Below are positions 1 through 10,351 of a stretch of DNA of 64,000 nucleotides, piece by piece. A program made the translations under genes and the position numbers. The notes below the pieces were generated by a model that was not told where the DNA came from, did not search any database, and saw only the letters and a program-made list of their open reading frames with translations. The stretch comes from an uncultured Clostridia bacterium. GTDB taxonomy: Bacteria; Bacillota; Clostridia; Oscillospirales; CAG-272. Position 1 is the first letter of the stretch. The number at the start of each line of letters is the position of its first letter. The DNA is taken from assembly GCA_944381075.1 (NCBI GenBank), contig CALWJT010000029.1, forward strand, positions 4,767 through 68,766, in the 5' to 3' direction.

Positions 1-1117
1 GCCTGTTTTTATTATGTGCAAAATCGGCGGCATTCTTGATGCACAGCGTGTGAAACGTCAGATTGTCGGGACGAAGACGAATCACAGCGTCGATGGATTC
101 GGAAAAGCTGCCGAAGCCTTCTCCGGGAAGTCCTGCAATTAAATCTGTATTGATATGCTTTATCTGTGCATTCCGAGCCATATCAAATGCGCGGAAAAAG
201 TCAGCCGCCGTATGTTTTCTGCCGATCGATTCCAATACATCATCATTCAATGTCTGCGTGTTAATGCTGACTCTCGAAACGCCGTACGCTTTCATGATTT
301 TCAATTTTTCTTCATTGACGGTGTCCGGGCGTCCGGCCTCTAACGTAAATTCCTGCAAAGAATCCGGATCCACAAGGGAAGTCAGCGTTTTCAGGAGTTG
401 CTCCAGCTGTTTTTCATCTAATGTTGTCGGCGTTCCGCCCCCGATGTAGACCGTAGAGACCGACAGTCCCAGATGCTTTATGATACCGGCAATGTTTTCG
501 ATATCCTGGCATAAGCGGACAAGATAGGAATCGAGAAGCCCCAAAAGCTTCGCAGAGGTAAAAGAAACAAACGAACAATAGCTGCACCTGGACGGACAAA
601 AAGGAATGGAGATATAGAGACTGCAAGATCGTTTATCGACCCCCGACAGGATTCTTTTTTCCGTTTCTGCAATATCGGTGACAAGAGCCGCCTTTTTCGG
701 ATTGACCAAATATTCCCTGGCAAGAAAACTGCGGACCTCCTGTTTGCTCTTCCCTCTTGTAAGACTGTCAATGGCAAGCTTCGCCGGCCTGACCCCGGTC
801 AGAATTCCCCATGAGGGCGTGATCCCCGTCAAAGCTTTGCCGGCCTCCAAAAAGGCTTTTCCGCAGGCGATGCGTTCTGCCGAAACCTTTTCTGCTCCGT
901 CGCACGGCTCTTTATGAGTCGCTGTAGCGGTGCGTCCGGCATGGCTGAGCGTTACAGTCGCAATGGCGCATGCTTCCCTGTTTTCTACACAAACGTCCGC
1001 GCATGGAGCGAAGGGGTCCTCTTTCTCGTTTTTTGAAAACTTGGATCCCGGAAAAAACAGCATACAAAGCGTTTGGACGTAATATTCGTTAATGTTTCCA
1101 CTGACTTGGAGTTTCAT
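1..1117 (-). CDS. hemZ: Radical SAM coproporphyrinogen dehydrogenase HemZ/HemN-like protein (3' end runs off the window)
   Basis: This gene is absent from the ORF track because it is open at the window edge. My reverse-strand translation from the ATG at 1117 gives MKLQVSGNINEYYVQTLCMLFFPG... It contains a CPSRCSYC (CxxxCxxC) radical-SAM motif at nt 575-598 and YIGGGTP at nt 428-448, both in frame. The listed 63..449 + ORF is its antisense shadow. Confidence 0.8.
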   Translation of the reverse strand, partial: MKLQVSGNINEYYVQTLCMLFFPGSKFSKNEKEDPFAPCADVCVENREACAIATVTLSHAGRTATATHKEPCDGAEKVSAERIACGKAFLEAGKALTGITPSWGILTGVRPAKLAIDSLTRGKSKQEVRSFLAREYLVNPKKAALVTDIAETEKRILSGVDKRSCSLYISIPFCPSRCSYCSFVSFTSAKLLGLLDSYLVRLCQDIENIAGIIKHLGLSVSTVYIGGGTPTTLDEKQLEQLLKTLTSLVDPDSLQEFTLEAGRPDTVNEEKLKIMKAYGVSRVSINTQTLNDDVLESIGRKHTAADFFRAFDMARNAQIKHINTDLIAGLPGEGFGSFSESIDAVIRLRPDNLTFHTLCIKNAADFAHNKNR

Positions 1118-1123
1118 TCTTTT

Positions 1124-1582
1124 TCATTTTCCTTTTTTTCGTAGTACATCACTGTCCATCACAATGGTGATGGGACCGTCGTTTTCGATGGAAAGCGACA
1201 TGTGCGCACCAAATTTGCCTGTTTCTACTCTAAGCCTCCCGCGTAAAAGAGAAATAAAGTATTCATACAATTCCAAAGCACGCTCCGGTACTTCCGCATT
1301 TAGATAGTCCGGACGGTTTCCATGGGCATAGTTGGCGCAAAGCGTAAAATTAGAAACGACCAAGGCTTCTCCGCCGACATCCAAGACGCTCCGGTTCATC
1401 TTTCCATTTTCGTCTGAAAAAATACGAAGTTTGACGATCTTTTCAGCAAGAAGCTCCGCATCGAGCTTTTCATCTGTCTTGAACACGCCAAGAAGAATCA
1501 TAAGTCCGCTTCCGATAGCGCCTATCGAAGCTCCCTGCACGACGACTCCGGCAGAAGACACTCTTTGAATTACTGCACGCAT
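1124..1582 (-). CDS. dtd: D-aminoacyl-tRNA deacylase
   Basis: The product starts MRAVIQRVSSAGVVV... and contains SNFTL..., typical of Dtd in sequence and size. I chose the ATG at 1582, preceded by AAAGGAG, rather than the track start at 1672, which overlaps relA. Confidence 0.9.
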   Translation of the reverse strand: MRAVIQRVSSAGVVVQGASIGAIGSGLMILLGVFKTDEKLDAELLAEKIVKLRIFSDENGKMNRSVLDVGGEALVVSNFTLCANYAHGNRPDYLNAEVPERALELYEYFISLLRGRLRVETGKFGAHMSLSIENDGPITIVMDSDVLRKKGK

Positions 1583-1592
1583 GGCCACTCCT

Positions 1593-3794
1593 TTATTTGA
1601 CATATCCGCGTCGAATGTCGTTGACACCCTTGATGGATTTGAGACGCGATAGAATGTTATTGAAATGAGCAAGATTTTTGCAAGAGATTCCCATGTTGAT
1701 CATCATTTGATCCGCACCCTTTTTCTGTGTATTGATCTGCATGATGGAGACCCGCATATCGGCGAGCGCACCACTGATATCCGCCAGCATGGAAATCCTG
1801 TCGTCCGCAATGATCTGCATGAGACCCTCAAACTGATCTTCCTTTTGTTCGCCCGACGAAACCCGCCATTCCACATTGACAAGACGGTCCTTATTCTGAG
1901 CGGTATTATTGATGATATTCGGACAGTCGCATTTGTGAACGGAAATCCCATAGCCTTTTGTGATAAATCCGACGATATTGTCGCCCGGCAGCGGATTGCA
2001 GCATTTTGCAAATTTGACCTGACAGCCCTCCAGTCCGTCGACGATCACGCTGCCATATTCTCCCGAATAGCGTCGTTTATCAGCCGTTTGGATTTGAGAA
2101 GCCTCCGTGATCGGAGCCTCTTCCGCAGGCAAAACGATTTTATCATATTCATCCCGAAGACGGCCGGATATCTTGTTGACAGAAAGCCCTCCATAGCCGA
2201 TCATGTTATATAGGTCGTCCGCGCAGTCCACGCCGCCGCGCACTGCGACATTCGTCACAATGGTATTCAGCTGCTCCTCCGTAAAGCTGCCAGGGTACTT
2301 CCTCAGCTCCGCCACGATTTCATCTCTGCCCGCAATGATATTCTCCGCTCGTTTTTCTTTTTTGAACCATTGGCGGATTTTGGCTTTGGCTTCGCTTGTC
2401 TTGACGATTTTCAGCCAGTTGCGGCTTGGCCCTTTGGTTGTGGAAGAGGTCAGGATCTCGACGATCTCTCCATTTTCAAGCGTCCGATCGATCGGGACAA
2501 TCTTTCCGTTGACCTTGGCGCCTACCATCCGATTGCCGACCTCAGAATGGATATGGTAGGCGAAATCGATGCAGTTTGAATTCTGCGGGAGCGTCACCAC
2601 ATCGCCCTTGGGTGTGAAAACAAAAGTTTCATCCTGAAATATATCAATTTTCAGCGCGTCGATGAATTCATCAGGGTCCACGGTGCTCGATTCGTTTTCC
2701 ACGAGCTTGGCGATCCATTCGAGCTTTTTGTCCAGTCCCGCGTCGCCGCGGTCTCCGGATTTATATTTCCAATGTGCCGCAATACCGTATTCCGCGATAT
2801 GGTGCATCTCCCATGTTCGGATCTGGACCTCGAACGGAACGCCGTCGTGACCGATTACCGTCGTATGGAGGGAGCGGTACATATTCGGCTTTGGAATAGA
2901 AATATAGTCCTTGAAGCGTCCGGGCATGGAGTTGTACATATCATGGATGATCCCAAGCACAGTATAGCATTCGAGCTCTGTGTCGACGATGATCCGGATC
3001 GCATAAAAGTCATAGATCTCGTCAAAGCTTTTGTTCTGCTTGAACATTTTGCGGTAAACGCTGTATACGGATTTTACCCGCCCCTCCAGCGTACAGTCGA
3101 TGCCGCTTTCCCGAACCTTTTTTTCGATCGTAGCACGGGTATTGACAATAAAGTCCTTGTTCATCCCGAATTTGCGGTCGATATCGCTCTGCACCTCTCG
3201 GTATCCGATCGGATCGAGATAGGAAAGCGCGAGATTTTCCAGCTCCTGCTTGATTCGCTGCATACCGAGGCGATGCGCAAGCGGCGCGTATACGTGCATG
3301 GTTTCCAACGCGATAAGCCTGCGTTTTTCCTCCGATTGGGCGCCAAGAGTACGCATATTATGAAGACGATCGGCGAGCTTGATGAAGATCACGCGGATAT
3401 CCTTTGCCATCGCAAGAAACATCTTGCGAAGATTTTCCATCTGCTCATCCTCTTTGTCGTTGAATGGGATCTTGACGAGCTTTGTCAGTCCGTCGACGAT
3501 ATCCGCGACCTGATCGCCGAATTCCTTTTTGATCTTAGTAAGGTCAACCTTGTCGGAGCAATCCTCGATCGTATCGTGAAGTAGCGCAGCACAGATGGAA
3601 TCCGTGTCAAGCCCCAGCCCTGCTACGATTTCCGCTACGGCAACCGGATGGCAGATATATGGCTCTCCGCTTTTTCGGAACTGTCCTTCGTGAAGCTGCT
3701 TTGCAAATTCATAAGCCTTCGTGATTTTTTCTATATTATAATTTTTCCCTGTGGAATTTAATGTACTGAGCAAGGTATCAAATCCGTCCTGCAT
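1593..3794 (-). CDS. relA: Bifunctional (p)ppGpp synthetase/hydrolase (RelA/SpoT homologue)
   Basis: 733 aa. It has an N-terminal HD hydrolase region (HPVAVAEI..LHDTIED), a RelA/SpoT synthetase region (YRSLHTTV, FEVQIRT), and TGS and C-terminal ACT-like regions. GGAG lies upstream of the ATG. Confidence 0.95.
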   Translation of the reverse strand: MQDGFDTLLSTLNSTGKNYNIEKITKAYEFAKQLHEGQFRKSGEPYICHPVAVAEIVAGLGLDTDSICAALLHDTIEDCSDKVDLTKIKKEFGDQVADIVDGLTKLVKIPFNDKEDEQMENLRKMFLAMAKDIRVIFIKLADRLHNMRTLGAQSEEKRRLIALETMHVYAPLAHRLGMQRIKQELENLALSYLDPIGYREVQSDIDRKFGMNKDFIVNTRATIEKKVRESGIDCTLEGRVKSVYSVYRKMFKQNKSFDEIYDFYAIRIIVDTELECYTVLGIIHDMYNSMPGRFKDYISIPKPNMYRSLHTTVIGHDGVPFEVQIRTWEMHHIAEYGIAAHWKYKSGDRGDAGLDKKLEWIAKLVENESSTVDPDEFIDALKIDIFQDETFVFTPKGDVVTLPQNSNCIDFAYHIHSEVGNRMVGAKVNGKIVPIDRTLENGEIVEILTSSTTKGPSRNWLKIVKTSEAKAKIRQWFKKEKRAENIIAGRDEIVAELRKYPGSFTEEQLNTIVTNVAVRGGVDCADDLYNMIGYGGLSVNKISGRLRDEYDKIVLPAEEAPITEASQIQTADKRRYSGEYGSVIVDGLEGCQVKFAKCCNPLPGDNIVGFITKGYGISVHKCDCPNIINNTAQNKDRLVNVEWRVSSGEQKEDQFEGLMQIIADDRISMLADISGALADMRVSIMQINTQKKGADQMMINMGISCKNLAHFNNILSRLKSIKGVNDIRRGYVK

Positions 3795-3798
3795 AGTT

Positions 3799-5913
3799 TC
3801 ACTCCGATACTGATTTCGTAAGCATTTTCATAAGCGGCGCCGAAAAAAGGTCCTTTTTTCCTTGCGTTTCTTTCAACTGGAGCTCATATAAGCCAGTCCC
3901 CGTTCTCCGGAAGCGGCACAGCCCACATTCTGAAAACACCTCAAGTATAATATTCGCCTTCCTATATGAAATATCCGGCAGACCGGCAAGCAATTTTCTA
4001 AGACAAACCTGTTTTTCTGTCAAATATCCGCCGCTTTTCAGCACCCCGTATACAGCGGCAAAATCGGTGCGTACCGGTATTTCATCCGAAGAACAGCAGA
4101 GATCCCCGGTCAATATACGGTCAAAATCCGCTTCTTCCTTTTCAATCTGTTTCCAAAAAGCCGCTGAATAGTCGATATCCCGAACAATCAGCTGAATGGT
4201 TCTTTTTCCCTTGAATTCGTTGATCCCAATGTTGCATACAAGATCGGTCATGTCCCCCGCCGAAAAGCCTTCCGACAGAAGATTACAGCCAAAGCAAACG
4301 GCAGAGATTTCTTTCCCGTCTTTTTCCATGATGACCCTTGAGTGCTTTCCGGTGCTCAAGGGAGCAATCTCCTTGATTTTCACATTGCGGAATACAAATA
4401 CCGGTTCGGGATTTTTAGCACCATACGGCTCCAGCATGGAAAGCTCCCTTGCTGTCTCTTCCGTAACCTCATGAGCCTGGATTTCCGCATCTACATAGAA
4501 AGAAGCCTGTCGAACCCCTTGACGCAGAGAATCTGCCGCAAACTGTTCAAGACACCGACGAAACTCCTCGACATTTTCCTTTTTTATGGAAAGGCCGGCG
4601 GCAAGCTCATGTCCGCCGTACTTTATGAGAAGAGGACCGCAGCTGGCAAGCGCCTCTACTATGTGGAAGCCGGCAATGCTTCTCGCCGATCCTCTTCCGA
4701 TATCAGAGGCTCCGGGTGTGCCGTCATCAAACGTGATCAGGACGGCAGGCTTGCCGAAATTCTCAACGATTCGAGAGGCGACGATTCCAATGACGCCCGG
4801 ATGCCAGTGATCGCTTGCGAGGACAAGTATATTTTCTGTTTTCAAATCATGCTCTTTTTCAATTTGAGACAGCGCCTCTTTCAAAATTTCATTTTCTGTC
4901 TGCTGCCGTTCCCGATTTGCCGCACATAGCTCCTCTGCAATCACCTCGGCTGTCCTTGGAGAGCTGGACAGAAAAAGCTGCACTGCCCGTGCGGCGTTCC
5001 CGATCCGTCCGGCGGCATTGATCCTTGGCGCAATGGTATATCCGATCATAGAGGCTGTGATCTTTTTTGCCGAATCGATCCCAGCGGCGCGGAACAATGC
5101 TCGCACGCCGATGTTCTTCGGCGACGACAGCAGAGAAAGGCCCATATAGACAAGGATCCGGTTTTCGTCACAAAGCGGCATGACGTCGGCGATGGTCCCG
5201 ATGGTGACAAGGTCGAGATAGCGGCGGCACATATCTTTTATTGTGAATAGATTGTATTCACCGCCGTTCACATATTCAAGCTCGAGCGCGCACATGACCT
5301 TGAACGCTACCGCAACGCCGGAAAGCTCTTTAAACGGATAGCCGCAATCCGGACGCATAGGATTGACCACCGCAGCACATTGAGGCAGTTCCGGACGGCA
5401 CTGATGATGATCGGTAACGACCACATCCAGTCCGATGGAAGCCGCATAGGAGATTTCTTCAGCAGCCGTGATGCCTGTATCCACTGTAACAACGAGCGAC
5501 GTCCCTGCCTCTTTTATCATCTGGAACGCCGCATTGCTCACGCCATAGCCCTCACCATTTCTGGTCGGTATGTAATAATCCACGAATGCGCCGCGCTCCT
5601 TTAAATACATATATAAAATGGAAACGGAAGTCACGCCGTCTACATCATAGTCGCCATATATGGTGATCTTTTCCCCGTTTTCCATTGCCCTACGGATCCT
5701 TTCCGTTGCAGGAATCATATCCTTCAATAAAAACGGATCATATAAGAAAGCATCGGATTTCTCCATAAATGCGCGCGCGCTGGCGCTGTCCGTATATCCG
5801 CGGTTGATAAGCAGTTTCGCACAAAGCTCGCTGATCCCAAGGGAATCGGCCAGCTCTTTTACAAAAACGGGTTCCTGCTCTGCAATCGACCATCGATTCC
5901 GGTCAAACAACAT
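3799..5913 (-). CDS. recJ: Single-stranded-DNA-specific exonuclease RecJ
   Basis: 704 aa with DHH motifs (YGDYDVDGVTS, VVTVDTG, VVVTDHH) and a DHHA1 region (GGHELAAG). It is preceded by a strong RBS (AAAGGAGG). Confidence 0.93.
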   Translation of the reverse strand: MLFDRNRWSIAEQEPVFVKELADSLGISELCAKLLINRGYTDSASARAFMEKSDAFLYDPFLLKDMIPATERIRRAMENGEKITIYGDYDVDGVTSVSILYMYLKERGAFVDYYIPTRNGEGYGVSNAAFQMIKEAGTSLVVTVDTGITAAEEISYAASIGLDVVVTDHHQCRPELPQCAAVVNPMRPDCGYPFKELSGVAVAFKVMCALELEYVNGGEYNLFTIKDMCRRYLDLVTIGTIADVMPLCDENRILVYMGLSLLSSPKNIGVRALFRAAGIDSAKKITASMIGYTIAPRINAAGRIGNAARAVQLFLSSSPRTAEVIAEELCAANRERQQTENEILKEALSQIEKEHDLKTENILVLASDHWHPGVIGIVASRIVENFGKPAVLITFDDGTPGASDIGRGSARSIAGFHIVEALASCGPLLIKYGGHELAAGLSIKKENVEEFRRCLEQFAADSLRQGVRQASFYVDAEIQAHEVTEETARELSMLEPYGAKNPEPVFVFRNVKIKEIAPLSTGKHSRVIMEKDGKEISAVCFGCNLLSEGFSAGDMTDLVCNIGINEFKGKRTIQLIVRDIDYSAAFWKQIEKEEADFDRILTGDLCCSSDEIPVRTDFAAVYGVLKSGGYLTEKQVCLRKLLAGLPDISYRKANIILEVFSECGLCRFRRTGTGLYELQLKETQGKKDLFSAPLMKMLTKSVSE

Positions 5914-5932
5914 TGCAGATCCCCTCCTTTCA

Positions 5933-7543
5933 TCATAATGATGGATTCCGATACCGTTTCATCACGGCAAGCGCACAGCGGATTCCATCCGCTGCGGCGC
6001 TGGTAATGCCGCCGGCATAACCGGCGCCCTCACCCGCAGGATAAAGATTGACATAGCCGTATGCGAGTCCGAAATCGTCTCTTGGAATCCGGATCGGAGA
6101 CGAAGTTCGTGTTTCTACACCGGTCAAAACCGCTTCGCATGCGGCAAAGCCGCGAAGCTTTCGGTCAAATGAGATAAGCCCGTATTTTAAGGATTCGCTT
6201 ACAAAGCCAGGGAGAATTTTTTCAAGCGGTGAAATCCTTACGCGGCCGTTCCGATAGGTAGGAAGAACCACAGACGGTTCCTTCCCATGCGTGACGCCGA
6301 GAAAATCTCCGACCGTTTCGCACGGCGCCGCATAGCTGCTTCCCCCCGCACAGTAGGCAAGATGTTCTAATCTTCTTTGAAATGCAATTGCTCCGTCGAC
6401 GGTTCCGCCATAATCGGCAGGATTCACCGAAACTGCAACAGCGCTGTTGGCGTTGGTTCCCGCACGGAGAAAATCGCTCATTCCGTTTGTTACAACGCCG
6501 CCAAATTCGCTGGAACCTGCGACGACCTGTCCGCCCGGACACATACAAAACGTATAAACGCCCCTATCGCCATGATGGCAGGAAAGCTGGTATTCCCCCT
6601 TAGGAAGCCTTGGATCCCCCGCAAAATCGCCGTAAAGCGCCTCGTCGATCCGCTTTTGGAGGTGTTCGATCCGAACGCCGACCGAAAAGGATTTCGGAAT
6701 CATGCCAATACCGCTTGCCGCCAGCATATCGAAGGTATCCCGCGCGCTGTGTCCCAGCGCCAAAATAAGCACACCGCATGGAATTTCCCCCTTGCTTGTC
6801 CTCACCCCAGTAATGCGGTTTCCCTCAAAGCAAAGCTTTTCTAATTTGGTATGATAACGCACTTCCCCGCCAAGCGCTGTGATTTTCTGCTCCATCTGAG
6901 AAACGATCGTCTTCAAATAATCGGTCCCGACGTGCGGCTTGGCCTGATGTAAAATTTCAGCCGGTGCCCCAAGACGGCACATTTCCTCCAGAACAAATCC
7001 ACAGTTAGGATCATGGATTCTTGTGACAAGCTTCCCGTCCGAAAAGGTCCCAGCGCCGCCGGCACCATACTGTATATTGGATTCCGGATTGAGCCTGCCT
7101 TCCTCATAAAATCTCCGAACATCTTCTGTCCGCTCGCTTACATCCGCCCCGCGTTCCACAACGATCGGACGATAACCGTTCTGGGCAAGCAGCAGCGCAC
7201 AGAACATCCCGCACGGCCCGAACCCCACAATCACCGGCCGTTCTGACAGAGGCTCCGTTCCAAACTCTACACGCGGCTCCATATTGCCCGCAGAGGGGAC
7301 AATCCCATTCGCAAGGAGTTTTTCCGCATCCGCCGCAACGCCTCCCCGAATGGCGGCAGATACGGAATAGACGAATAGGATATGACCTTTTCTTCTCGCA
7401 TCTACGGAGCTTTTATATATTTCAAGAGAAACGATGGATTCATTTGAAAAGAACTTCAAAAGACGCTGCTTTGCCTCGGCAAATACATCGTCTTTTGAAG
7501 CTTCAATCGGCAATTTGATATTTTGGACAATGAAGATTTTCAT
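5933..7543 (-). CDS. FAD-dependent protein (COG2509-like NAD(FAD)-dependent dehydrogenase)
   Basis: 536 aa with the dinucleotide-binding motif VIVGFGPCGMFCALLLAQNG and a C-terminal PAGEGAGYAGGI motif typical of this family. Its ATG overlaps the cdaR stop (ATGA). Confidence 0.8.
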   Translation of the reverse strand: MKIFIVQNIKLPIEASKDDVFAEAKQRLLKFFSNESIVSLEIYKSSVDARRKGHILFVYSVSAAIRGGVAADAEKLLANGIVPSAGNMEPRVEFGTEPLSERPVIVGFGPCGMFCALLLAQNGYRPIVVERGADVSERTEDVRRFYEEGRLNPESNIQYGAGGAGTFSDGKLVTRIHDPNCGFVLEEMCRLGAPAEILHQAKPHVGTDYLKTIVSQMEQKITALGGEVRYHTKLEKLCFEGNRITGVRTSKGEIPCGVLILALGHSARDTFDMLAASGIGMIPKSFSVGVRIEHLQKRIDEALYGDFAGDPRLPKGEYQLSCHHGDRGVYTFCMCPGGQVVAGSSEFGGVVTNGMSDFLRAGTNANSAVAVSVNPADYGGTVDGAIAFQRRLEHLAYCAGGSSYAAPCETVGDFLGVTHGKEPSVVLPTYRNGRVRISPLEKILPGFVSESLKYGLISFDRKLRGFAACEAVLTGVETRTSSPIRIPRDDFGLAYGYVNLYPAGEGAGYAGGITSAAADGIRCALAVMKRYRNPSL

Positions 7544-8058
7544 GATGACGAGCCCGTCGTTTCCGGAGAAACTACCGATATCGTGATCTCCATATAATCC
7601 TGAGACTGCTCCATGCAGGTCAAATGGTCGGGGATGGAGTACACAATGGGCACCTTCACTGTTTTTGTACCGACAATTTCCGATAAGTCAACGGAGAGAA
7701 GGTTGACATATGCCTTTGCGGAATCTGCATTGACAGCGCTGATCCGTTCATTGCTTCCCTGTATGCGGAAGGTAACGCGCAGCGTATTATAAGATACGGC
7801 ATATCCCTCCGCCTCTACGGCGTCTACATTTCGGACTTCAACGGGAATATCCGTAAATTCGTAGCTTGCAACATCCGTAAGCACGACATAAATCCAAATA
7901 AAAATGGCGCCAAGGATAGAAAGAATGCGGATAATAACATCTGTTTTTTGATTTCGCTGAATGGTATAGTCATCCGTCTCATCCGTACGCATATCCTTGT
8001 TTTTTTCTTTTTTTGAAAAGTGCGAGACAAAAAAGCTTTTGATTTTTTCCAGTTTCAT
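7540..8058 (-). CDS. cdaR: CdaR/YbbR-like regulator of diadenylate cyclase (single-pass membrane protein)
   Basis: 172 aa with an N-terminal TM helix (IIRILSILGAIFIWIYVVL) and a beta-rich YbbR-like body. It lies immediately downstream of cdaA, as in the conserved cdaA-cdaR arrangement. The call rests largely on position. Confidence 0.6.
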   Translation of the reverse strand: MKLEKIKSFFVSHFSKKEKNKDMRTDETDDYTIQRNQKTDVIIRILSILGAIFIWIYVVLTDVASYEFTDIPVEVRNVDAVEAEGYAVSYNTLRVTFRIQGSNERISAVNADSAKAYVNLLSVDLSEIVGTKTVKVPIVYSIPDHLTCMEQSQDYMEITISVVSPETTGSSS

Positions 8059-8100
8059 CGTTTATTCCCCGTCTAAAAGACATATCTCCTTTCCCCAAGA

Positions 8101-8925
8101 TTAAGAAACGGATTTTTGCTGCTTGCCGTCCTCGCCGCCAAGCAAGGCTGTCAGTTCATATTTCAGCGTATTGTAATCATAATTTCTGCGCAGTTCTCCG
8201 TTGAGCGCGACAGAAATTGTACCGGTTTCCTCGGAAACAACGACTACGACGGCGTCGCTGTTTTCACTCATGCCGATAGCGGAGCGGTGCCTGGTTCCAA
8301 GATCTTTGATGATATCGTCATTTGTGGACATCGGCAAAAAACACCCAGCCGCATAAATCCGGTTATTTCGAATGATAACGGCACCGTCATGTAGAGGGGC
8401 CTTATTAAAAAATATATTCTTCAGCATCGATACACAGATATCCGCATTGACAATGGTACCGGTCTTAATGATGTCCCCGAGAGGAGTGTTTCGCTCAATG
8501 ACGATCAGCGCCCCCGTATACTCTCTCGAAAGCTCGCTCGCCGCCTGACAGATATTGGATATCCCCTCTATTTTGGAATGTTCCTTATCTTTGGGAGCCA
8601 CAGAGTTTTTTAACGTTTTAAAGGAGCTGCCTCCCACTTTTTCGAGCGCCGACCGGAGCTCTGGCTGAAATACGATGATCAGGGCGATAAGTCCCACCTG
8701 TACAATATTGGATAGGAGGAAATCCATGGCCCGCATGCCAAGCACCTCGCTCAGCAGCAGTACCAAAAGAACAAGAAAAACGCCGATGGCAAGCTTGCTT
8801 GCCCGTCTGTCCCTGATAAACTTGACGACATAATATATCATGACCGAAACAAATAAAATGTCCAGAAAATCGATCAGTCCGAATTGGTCAACGAGATATT
8901 TTAATGATCTGAGAACGTTTTCCAA
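8101..8925 (-). CDS. cdaA: Diadenylate cyclase CdaA (c-di-AMP synthase)
   Basis: 274 aa with three N-terminal TM helices and a DAC domain carrying DGAVII and TRHRSAIGMSE..DAVVVVVSEETG motifs. It uses a TTG start 8 nt after GGAGG. Confidence 0.93.
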   Translation of the reverse strand: MENVLRSLKYLVDQFGLIDFLDILFVSVMIYYVVKFIRDRRASKLAIGVFLVLLVLLLSEVLGMRAMDFLLSNIVQVGLIALIIVFQPELRSALEKVGGSSFKTLKNSVAPKDKEHSKIEGISNICQAASELSREYTGALIVIERNTPLGDIIKTGTIVNADICVSMLKNIFFNKAPLHDGAVIIRNNRIYAAGCFLPMSTNDDIIKDLGTRHRSAIGMSENSDAVVVVVSEETGTISVALNGELRRNYDYNTLKYELTALLGGEDGKQQKSVS

Positions 8926-9110
8926 GGCAGTTCCCTCCGTGTACAGCTTAATATTTATATTATACTATAGAAGCCTTTATAAATAAATACTTTTTTCTTA
9001 TTTTCTGTAATATTTTTTGAAAAATCTTGAGTTTTGAAGAATCTGTGGTATACTAATCTTAGATTTAACTTGATATTTGTTCAAAAAATATATGGGCAAA
9101 GGAGTAAAAT

Positions 9111-9869
9111 TTGAATTTACGACGCATCAAAAAAATAGAAAATTTATGCAACATTATATCAGGCTCCGGCAAGCGATTTACGTCCGCCGTCCTTCTTGCC
9201 GCAGGCAGGAGCGAAAGAATGGGAGACCGCAGTATAAGCAAGCAGCTGATAGAAATCGACGGGATCCCTGTCGTTGCCCGTTCCGCGCTCGCTTTTGAAA
9301 AAAGCAGGCATATCGACGAGATCATAATCGTAGCCGCGAGGCAGGAAATCGGTTATTATCAGGGATTTAAGAAAAAGTATGCCTTATCCAAGCTAAAAGT
9401 AGTAACAGTGGGAGGCAGCTCGCGTGCAGAATCGGCGCGGCGCGGTTTTCAGAAGATCTCCAAAAATTGCAGTTTTGTCGCTTTTCACGATGCTGCGCGG
9501 TGCCTGATAACGACCGAGGACATCGACAAAACCGTATTGGAAGCATATCGAACAGGAGCGGCGATCGCCGCAAAGCGGATGACCGATACCGTAAAAAAAG
9601 CCGACGGGGAGGGATGGATCGAGCAGACCATCGATCGCTCTTCCCTGTGGCTTGCACAAACGCCGCAGGTATTTAAAAAATCGGTTTATGAGGTCTCCGC
9701 GGCCTATGCCGATAAATCAGATGTACCGTTCACAGACGACGCCATGCTGGCGGAGCTTGCAGGCTTTCGTGTAAAACTCGTGGAATGTGAATATGAAAAT
9801 TTAAAAATTACGACAAAGCAGGATCTTTATCTTGCACAGGCGACGATACAAAGAAGAAAGAAGGAATAA
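9111..9869 (+). CDS. ispD: 2-C-methyl-D-erythritol 4-phosphate cytidylyltransferase
   Basis: It has the AVLLAAGRSERMG nucleotide-binding motif and QTPQVF. It uses a TTG start 6 nt after AAAGGAG and is followed by ispF 2 nt downstream. Confidence 0.9.
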   Translation: MNLRRIKKIENLCNIISGSGKRFTSAVLLAAGRSERMGDRSISKQLIEIDGIPVVARSALAFEKSRHIDEIIIVAARQEIGYYQGFKKKYALSKLKVVTVGGSSRAESARRGFQKISKNCSFVAFHDAARCLITTEDIDKTVLEAYRTGAAIAAKRMTDTVKKADGEGWIEQTIDRSSLWLAQTPQVFKKSVYEVSAAYADKSDVPFTDDAMLAELAGFRVKLVECEYENLKITTKQDLYLAQATIQRRKKE

Positions 9870-9871
9870 AA

Positions 9872-10351
9872 ATGGACTTCAGAATCGGTCATGGTTATGA
9901 TGTACACAGGCTGACAAAAGAAAGAAGGCTGATTCTTGGAGGCGTGGAAATTCCGCATGAAACGGGGCTTCTCGGTCATTCCGACGCTGATGTTTTGTGC
10001 CATGCAATTGCGGATTCCCTGCTCGGCGCTGCCGGAAAAAGAGATATTGGCTTTCATTTTCCGGACAGTGAGGAAAAATTCCGCGGGATCTCCAGTCTGA
10101 TTCTTTTGCGTCAGGTAAAAGAAATGATTTGTCTTGACGGTTATTCCATTGGAAATATTGACGCTACCATTGTCGCACAATCTCCGAAGCTCGCTCCTTA
10201 TGTTGACAAAATGAGAGAAAATATTTCATATACATTGATGCTTGACACAGATCGTGTCAATATTAAAGCGACAACGGAAGAAAAGCTTGGATTTACTGGG
10301 CGCCGCGAAGGCATTTCTGCACATTCTGTCTGCATTATTTTTCGGTCTTGA
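9872..10351 (+). CDS. ispF: 2-C-methyl-D-erythritol 2,4-cyclodiphosphate synthase
   Basis: 159 aa. The product reads MDFRIGHGYDVHRL...GHSDADVLCHAI...DATIVAQSPKL, a classical IspF sequence. Confidence 0.95.
   Translation: MDFRIGHGYDVHRLTKERRLILGGVEIPHETGLLGHSDADVLCHAIADSLLGAAGKRDIGFHFPDSEEKFRGISSLILLRQVKEMICLDGYSIGNIDATIVAQSPKLAPYVDKMRENISYTLMLDTDRVNIKATTEEKLGFTGRREGISAHSVCIIFRS

Noticed and set aside
3799-5913. The DHH/DHHA1 protein between relA and cdaA as a c-di-AMP or pApA phosphodiesterase (GdpP/Pde2/NrnA type).
   Set aside because: Its length (704 aa), motif order and C-terminal extension match canonical Firmicute RecJ. It has no PAS or GGDEF region, no TM helices, and not the short NrnA architecture.
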